From the NCBI GenBank assembly GCA_963676105.1, contig OY781039.1, forward strand, positions 750,001 to 782,000: a stretch of 32,000 nt of DNA, given 5' to 3'. The stretch comes from Erysipelotrichaceae bacterium. GTDB taxonomy: Bacteria; Bacillota_I; Bacilli_A; Erysipelotrichales; Erysipelotrichaceae. The notes under the pieces are model-generated. The model did no database searches. It was not told where the DNA came from and worked only from the letters and a program-made list of their open reading frames with translations. Made by a program: the position numbers and the translations under genes. Of the stretch, positions 27,328 through 32,000 are shown piece after piece (position 1 is the first letter of the stretch; each line of letters begins with the position of its first letter).

Positions 27328-29600
27328 CCACAATTATCGCAATAGATTGTATTTGTATCAAATAATTTATCTTCATCAAAACCAAAACTATACCATTTAT
27401 GGTCATATGTATTTATCCACGACATGTAGTTACTACCGACCGGATTATCATCCCAATCATCAATAGTATTTTCATCTAAATACATAATTCCAACCAATTT
27501 AGTACCTTGATATACATCAACTCGATCACCTACAGCAAAATCACCATCGTTTGTTAATGGGACAGAATCATGACTATAATTATCAACATAAAATAATAAA
27601 TCGTCATGTACAGTAACATCAGTTGAAAAAGTTATATAAGATTCATTAAGTAAAATTGTTTGTTGATTAGAAATTGTTTCAAATGTTAAATACATAGGAA
27701 CATTTGAACTCGTCCAAGTATTTGAATTTCTCATAGCATAGAAATTCATTGGAATTGTTGAAGTTAACACAAAACGATATTTATCGTTTGAATCAGTTGC
27801 GAAAGCTGGATTCGCAACTACAGGTTGATATCCATCTGAATATTCTAAATAATTTGTACCAGCATCGTTAACAACACTCCATCCAGTTTCATAATAGAGA
27901 CCTTCTAAAACAAAACCATCAAGAATCATATTAGATCCAGACACATCAATATCAGTATTTAATTCAGGTGTATATTTTTTATAAAGTGACTTTGAATATG
28001 CATCTAAATCATAATTGTAATACATAGTATAATCATAAATATAACCATTACTATCAATATTAGTATTGTATTCTATTGTATAATCTTCATTTTCAATATT
28101 GATTTTTTCAGTTCCTGATGAAAAATCATTTGTAGTAGTAAATCCTAATGGTCTAGTTTCTGGAGCATAATATATAGTGTAACCATAATCTTCTTGATCA
28201 TGTCCTTCAGATTCAACAATATATCTATCATCGTTATCATACACAATCAAAGTATGTGTTTCAGTACCTAATAAAGCAGGTTCTGGCCAGTACTCTGAAT
28301 CAAGATATTCGAATTCTGAATCACGCATATTTGTTACAGTAAATACACCATCAACATATGTTCCATAATAGACTTCGAATTGATCATCATCTACTACATT
28401 GTCTCCATATTCACTAAACGTATCAGGTATTTGAATACGATTATCAGATGCCAATGTATATAACTGAGCCGTAAATTGATCATTTATGCCTATTGTAATG
28501 CCTGCAGGATTATCATCAAAATTACCATCAATTGTAAGTGCAGAATAAGCTGATAAAATTCTTACTTCAGTATAATCAACATCAGTCGCATTTACTCCAG
28601 CACTGTATTTAATATTACTAATATTAGGCGTAGTTGCGATTTGTTGAAGATTACCATTATCATCTGTCAGTACAGTCGGAATAATTTCTTCAACTACTGT
28701 TTCTTCTTCAACGACTGGTGTTGAAGTCGCTACAGTTTCTTTAGGCGCATCTTTTTCAATCTTAACTCTGTAGGCTGTTAAAGCTGATGCATCACTTGAT
28801 GCATTACCTGCAGTTTGTCCATCATAAGCGTAATCCCACCAAGTACCATTCACTTGTGGTTGAATAGAAACATGATATTGATCAAGCCCTACAAGTCTTG
28901 CTTCTAGTGCAGTAATGTAATCTCCACCTCTTTCAGATCCTAAGACTGTCATATTACTTACCCAGTTTGTCCAACCTGAGTTTTTATAGTAGGCACGATA
29001 TTCTAATTTATCATCTGCAGCTGATGAGATAAGTCCCATCTTAACGGTATAGATTAAACCTGAACCTTGTGTTTCATTATTGTGTCTAAGAACCATTTCA
29101 GTTCCACCCACATTACTTTGATACTCAACCCCAATTTCATCAACTTTTACTCTGATCCCTGTAATAGGATTCTCAGCACTTAGTTGACCTGATGTTGACC
29201 CATTAGATTGCCATGTGCCCCAACCTAAGCCTTTGCGATAGGTTTGGTAGTAAACATTGGCATAATCAAAATCAGTAAGTTGAATTTGTACACCTAAGAT
29301 GGCTTCACCATTACCAGCGATGCCAAAACTAGGCGTCCAATCAAGCCAACCTGATTGTGTATAAACACGATATTCTATGCCTGCTCCATAAGGAGCTGAG
29401 TCTAGATTAATTTCTAGCGCTGTTAAAGGATCTACTCCCTCACTACCGCCTAGGGCTCCTCCCCAAGCATAATCAAACCATTCACTTGTTTTAACTTGAT
29501 ACCCGACGTCTACACGAGTATACTCTGTCGCTAAAACAGGTGTTGTAAATAAGGAAATAAGCATGGTTAAACTTAATACCCATTTAAAAAGTCTCTTCAT
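27324..29600 (-). CDS. Secreted ChW-repeat protein with large uncharacterised acidic, Tyr/Asn/Thr-rich C-terminal region
   Basis: 758 aa. Signal peptide MKRLFKWVLSLTMLISLFTTPVLA/TEY. About six ChW-like repeats lie in aa ~28-285, e.g. IEYRVYTQSGWLDWTPSFGIAGNGEAILGVQIQL, YYQTYRKGLGWGTWQSNG, LEYRAYYKNSGWTNWVSN. The remaining ~470 aa carry no motif I recognise and end in CDNCG. Confidence 0.75.
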   Translation of the reverse strand: MKRLFKWVLSLTMLISLFTTPVLATEYTRVDVGYQVKTSEWFDYAWGGALGGSEGVDPLTALEINLDSAPYGAGIEYRVYTQSGWLDWTPSFGIAGNGEAILGVQIQLTDFDYANVYYQTYRKGLGWGTWQSNGSTSGQLSAENPITGIRVKVDEIGVEYQSNVGGTEMVLRHNNETQGSGLIYTVKMGLISSAADDKLEYRAYYKNSGWTNWVSNMTVLGSERGGDYITALEARLVGLDQYHVSIQPQVNGTWWDYAYDGQTAGNASSDASALTAYRVKIEKDAPKETVATSTPVVEEETVVEEIIPTVLTDDNGNLQQIATTPNISNIKYSAGVNATDVDYTEVRILSAYSALTIDGNFDDNPAGITIGINDQFTAQLYTLASDNRIQIPDTFSEYGDNVVDDDQFEVYYGTYVDGVFTVTNMRDSEFEYLDSEYWPEPALLGTETHTLIVYDNDDRYIVESEGHDQEDYGYTIYYAPETRPLGFTTTNDFSSGTEKINIENEDYTIEYNTNIDSNGYIYDYTMYYNYDLDAYSKSLYKKYTPELNTDIDVSGSNMILDGFVLEGLYYETGWSVVNDAGTNYLEYSDGYQPVVANPAFATDSNDKYRFVLTSTIPMNFYAMRNSNTWTSSNVPMYLTFETISNQQTILLNESYITFSTDVTVHDDLLFYVDNYSHDSVPLTNDGDFAVGDRVDVYQGTKLVGIMYLDENTIDDWDDNPVGSNYMSWINTYDHKWYSFGFDEDKLFDTNTIYCDNCG

Positions 29601-29613
29601 AAGTGTCCGCCTT

Positions 29614-29637
29614 TCACTAATATGTATAGTTTAGTAT
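29614..29637. promoter_or_regulatory. Operator-like inverted repeat in the ChW gene promoter/5' UTR
   Basis: Plus strand TCACTAA-tatgtatagt-TTAGTAT. It overlaps a candidate promoter on the minus strand: GTGACA 29656..29651, 17-nt spacer, TAAACT 29633..29628. It abuts the RBS. Near-copy of the site at 31411-31434. Confidence 0.4.
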
Positions 29638-29710
29638 ATTTTTAACCATTTGTCACTAATTTTATATACTTTTATAATTACTTTAGTACTAGATAAGATA
29701 TGTAGACATT

Positions 29711-29747
29711 AAAAAAGACACTTAATTTTGGGATTAAGTGTCTTTTT
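29711..29747 (-). terminator. Intrinsic terminator after the GntR-pair operon (also usable in the plus direction)
   Basis: aaaaaagacacttaat-tttggg-attaagtgtcttttt. GC-containing 10-bp core with A/T-run flanks, beginning 3 nt after the stop at 29750. Confidence 0.7.
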
Positions 29748-29749
29748 GT

Positions 29750-30481
29750 TTAGATTTTTGTTTCAAATCTTACATAGAATGAATCTGAAATGGTGTAATT
29801 GATTAAATACTCCATAAGTTCTTCATCTTTATCTAAGATAGTTGACTCCAAAAGATTGGCTAATGGATTATTGGTATTTAATCGATCCATTAGTTCATCA
29901 TCCATAATGGCGGTACGATAACGAATTTTAATATGATCAAGTTTGACATTATAGGTACTTAAAAGATATGGCCACGTTTGTTTGTTTTCCATGTCCACCT
30001 TATCAAAGCCTTTGAATTTTCGTAGTGGATAATACAGATAACACCACATCAATGGTTTATCATCACCATAATAAAGTCGTTGAAATTCAACAAACTTTCC
30101 TTCTTCATCTGGCATCATTTTAAGTAAACTAGCTGGCGCATTGACGGTTTTAATACTAAAGTCTTTAAACGAAGCTTTATAACCATTCATTTCTATTAAT
30201 TGAATAATGGTATTAATTTTATTAAAGAAAATACTTGGCATTTCAAAGTGAAGTAAAAGGTATTTATCTCCATTTTTCTCAACCACATTTTCTTTTACAA
30301 GTTCATCATATACAGCCTGTGCTTCAGCCACAGTAATTTCATAAGCTTGCGCAAATTCATGTAAATCCGGCATGGCTTGATTTCCTTGTAGATGATGTGT
30401 ATTAGTATACTCTTTTACCCCTTTAACAAGTTGGGTTTGCATACTATCATTACGTCTTCGATCAATATGTAAATTAAGCAT
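29750..30481 (-). CDS. GntR/HutC-like paralog: UTRA-type effector domain with degenerate winged-helix N-terminus
   Basis: Start placed at ATG 30481; the track's GTG 30493 has no usable RBS spacing. It overlaps the upstream stop by 8 nt. The N-terminus keeps GntR spacing (MPDLHEFAQAYEITVAEAQAVYDELVKENVV). It lacks the basic recognition-helix residues and the GxGxFV wing. Confidence 0.6.
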   Translation of the reverse strand: MLNLHIDRRRNDSMQTQLVKGVKEYTNTHHLQGNQAMPDLHEFAQAYEITVAEAQAVYDELVKENVVEKNGDKYLLLHFEMPSIFFNKINTIIQLIEMNGYKASFKDFSIKTVNAPASLLKMMPDEEGKFVEFQRLYYGDDKPLMWCYLYYPLRKFKGFDKVDMENKQTWPYLLSTYNVKLDHIKIRYRTAIMDDELMDRLNTNNPLANLLESTILDKDEELMEYLINYTISDSFYVRFETKI

Positions 30482-31199
30482 AAATTGTATCACTCTCCAT
30501 TATTGTAAATTCACTTGGTAAGTAACGTACAATAATCGCAATCACTTTGCCTTGTGAGTCAGAAAAGATACTTTCAACCTTAATCATGGGACTACCCACT
30601 TCAATCTCAAACATCCGTGCGAATTTAGAATCCGCAATAAAACCAGACATAATGTCTTCTTGTTTAGCTAAATCACATTTTGGACAATCAAGTAAAATTT
30701 CTGAAATTGTTTTATCCATATGAACATCTAAGACTAAACGTCTAAAATACGATTCATCAATAAAACTTTCTTCTAACACGACTGCATAGTAGTAATCTTT
30801 ATGAAGTCTTAAGCAATGAAAAACAGACTTGCAATCAAAATACTTCGCGACTGTATCATTAAATGTTGATCCATTTAAACTTTCAATCAACATATTCTCA
30901 AAAGGTAATTTAGTACTGCTTGTTAGTTTAAGATCTTTAGGTGTAAAAATATGGCTTGCGCGATTAACAACATAGGAGCCTTTACCACGTGTACGCCAAA
31001 CTTTACCTGTATTCTCTAATTCAACAAATGCTTTTTTTACCACACCTAATGAAAGACCATAAAGATCGGCAATATCTTTTTCAGTGGGAAGTTGATAATG
31101 ATGAACGAGCTTTCTCTCGTCAATCGCTTCTTCAATCGAATCAGCAATTTGTCGATATATTGGCTTTTTTGATGTTTTGTCTATATAGATATAATCCAT
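30474..31199 (-). CDS. GntR-family transcriptional regulator, HutC subfamily (wHTH plus UTRA)
   Basis: 241 aa. KPIYRQIADSIEEAIDERKL...LPTEKDIADLYGLSLGVVKKAFVELENTGKVWRTRGKGSYVV, followed by a ~150-aa UTRA-like domain. Confidence 0.85.
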   Translation of the reverse strand: MDYIYIDKTSKKPIYRQIADSIEEAIDERKLVHHYQLPTEKDIADLYGLSLGVVKKAFVELENTGKVWRTRGKGSYVVNRASHIFTPKDLKLTSSTKLPFENMLIESLNGSTFNDTVAKYFDCKSVFHCLRLHKDYYYAVVLEESFIDESYFRRLVLDVHMDKTISEILLDCPKCDLAKQEDIMSGFIADSKFARMFEIEVGSPMIKVESIFSDSQGKVIAIIVRYLPSEFTIMESDTIYA

Positions 31200-31306
31200 A
31201 TTAGTATCTTAGCACACTTATCCTTTCTTTAACTTATTTAAATGATTTTATGTTTTTTCCATATTTTTCAAGGTAAATAGGTCTTATTTTCCTAATTCAA
31301 TATAAA

Positions 31307-31408
31307 CTATTTTAAAATTTCAAACAATTCTCTACGGAAAAGCAAAAACAAGATTATCACGATGTGTAGGAAAAGAATCAGGAATAGTTTAATCTTGTCT
31401 TCACTCAT
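31307..31408 (-). CDS. Candidate leaderless small ORF (33 aa, single hydrophobic helix)
   Basis: My translation: MSEDKIKLFLILFLHIVIILFLLFRRELFEILK, then TAG. The ATG is 7 nt downstream of the TACATT -10 box and has no SD. Too short for the ORF track. Could be a compositional artefact of a T-rich strand. Confidence 0.25.
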   Translation of the reverse strand: MSEDKIKLFLILFLHIVIILFLLFRRELFEILK

Positions 31409-31410
31409 AT

Positions 31411-31434
31411 ATACTAATGTACATATTTTAGTAT
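31411..31434. promoter_or_regulatory. Perfect-arm palindrome ATACTAA-N10-TTAGTAT (candidate GntR operator)
   Basis: Plus strand atactaa-tgtacatatt-ttagtat. It overlaps the spacer, the -10 and the predicted start site of the promoter at 31416-31444. Confidence 0.42.
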
Positions 31435-31444
31435 GTATTGTCAA
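31416..31444 (-). promoter_or_regulatory. Candidate sigma-A promoter for the sORF and/or GntR operon
   Basis: Minus strand: perfect TTGACA (31444..31439), 17-nt spacer, TACATT (31421..31416). Confidence 0.45.
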
Positions 31445-31453
31445 ACAATGGAT

Positions 31454-31481
31454 AAAAAAAGGACTCACAAGAGTGAATCCT
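31454..31481 (-). terminator. Intrinsic terminator after the purine permease gene
   Basis: Minus-strand RNA AGGAUUCAC-UCUU-GUGAGUCCU (one G-U pair) followed by UUUUUUUAUCC. Confidence 0.65.
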
Positions 31482-31503
31482 TAATGTGTAAAGTGAATTT
31501 ATC

Positions 31504-32000
31504 TTAAATCACAAAGTGAACAATGAAGACAAACATTAAGACCCATAAAATAACAGGTACATCTTTTGCGCGTCCCGCAAATAAACTTGCGACACCATAG
31601 ATAATGAAACCAACCGCAATCCCTTCAGAGATAGAGTAAGTTAAGATCATAGCGGCAATCGCAATAAATGAAGCAGATGCGACCACGAAGTCTTCCCAGT
31701 CAATTTCTTTGAGTTGTTGAGCCATTAAGATACCAACCACAATAAGGGCTGGTGCAGTTACAGCAGAAGTAACGACAACCAATAATGGTGCGAAGAAAAT
31801 TGATAAGAAGAATAAAACAGCTGTTGTGACAGCGGTTAAACCTGAACGGCCACCCACTTCAACACCTGATGCTGATTCAATGTATGAAGTAACTGTTGAA
31901 GTACCAAGCATAGCTCCTACAATCGTACCAACTGAGTCAGCTAACATCGCTTTATTAACATTCTCTAATTCACCTTTTTCATTGATAAGGTTTGTACGGT
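31504..32000 (-). CDS. NCS2/AzgA-family purine (guanine/hypoxanthine/adenine) permease, N-terminus cut by window edge
   Basis: The frame stays open from 31947 to the 3' edge; my translation of the extension is ..RTNLINEKGELENVNKA-MLADSVGT... C-terminal motifs GTSTVTSYIESASGVEVGGRSGLTAV are typical of PbuG/PbuO-type permeases. Confidence 0.85.
   Translation of the reverse strand, partial: RTNLINEKGELENVNKAMLADSVGTIVGAMLGTSTVTSYIESASGVEVGGRSGLTAVTTAVLFFLSIFFAPLLVVVTSAVTAPALIVVGILMAQQLKEIDWEDFVVASASFIAIAAMILTYSISEGIAVGFIIYGVASLFAGRAKDVPVILWVLMFVFIVHFVI

Noticed and set aside
20698-30493. N-terminal extensions of four track ORFs: 20698 (TTG), 22129 (TTG), 27190, 30493 (GTG).
   Set aside because: Internal ATGs at 20725, 22216, 27142 and 30481 have properly spaced SD sequences and match conserved family N-termini. 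The extensions run through promoter, terminator or attenuator elements.
266-31204. Short ORFs from the track that lie antisense to or out of frame within larger genes: 266-472, 5316-5534, 6405-6740, 6515-6733, 11559-11768, 13415-13759, 17248-17478, 18766-18957, 22116-22343, 23003-23290, 23918-24130, 26574-26822, 30989-31204.
   Set aside because: Each is fully embedded in a long ORF with clear family motifs on the other strand or frame. They have low-complexity or odd composition, no RBS, and no recognisable motifs, so they are typical shadow ORFs.
31200-31440. Type I toxin-antitoxin interpretation of the hydrophobic sORF, which would need a convergent antisense RNA.
   Set aside because: I found no convincing plus-strand promoter (no good -35/-10 pair) and no terminator for an antisense RNA in this region. 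The TA idea remains unsupported speculation.
1-32000. Searched by eye for CRISPR repeats, tRNA/rRNA, transposase or integrase genes, long terminal inverted repeats, and known defence-system signatures.
   Set aside because: None were found. All long ORFs are accounted for by housekeeping families or the ChW/GntR module, and no spaced direct-repeat arrays are visible.

Overview
AT-rich, low-GC Firmicutes-type chromosome using the standard genetic code (TGA is a stop, e.g. at the mutS2 end). No rRNA, tRNA, CRISPR array, transposase or integrase was seen. Most of the window is tightly packed housekeeping. It starts with uvrC (cut by the 5' edge), mutS2 and rnhC. A 16-gene minus-strand block follows (4853-20625): dCMP deaminase, rhomboid protease, rluD, lspA, M42 peptidase, dimeric-dUTPase-like protein, a heterodimeric ABC exporter, Gx-transporter/NusG-II pair, a glycerol-kinase paralog, arginase, ktrAB, OsmC and a sensor GGDEF cyclase. 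After it come an FAD oxidoreductase, purA, cvpA, cysE, an Mrp ATPase, and a uracil permease with a PyrR-type attenuator. A purine permease is cut by the 3' edge. The only accessory-looking segment is 27.3-31.5 kb. It holds a secreted ChW-repeat protein with a large uncharacterised C-terminal region and two translationally coupled GntR/UTRA paralogs, the second with a degenerate DNA-binding domain. A 305-bp AT-rich upstream region there contains a promoter, a palindrome and an untracked 33-codon hydrophobic sORF. The same ATACTAA-N10-TTAGTAT-type palindrome lies in front of both the regulator operon and the ChW gene. I read this as a candidate self-contained regulon. Other observations: the glycerol-kinase paralog appears to lack key catalytic residues, the Mrp ATPase has no cysteine, the GGDEF domain carries an insertion, -10-like boxes recur 6-8 nt upstream of start codons, and several ORF-track starts need correction. 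All homology calls rest on motif recognition by eye, not database searches.
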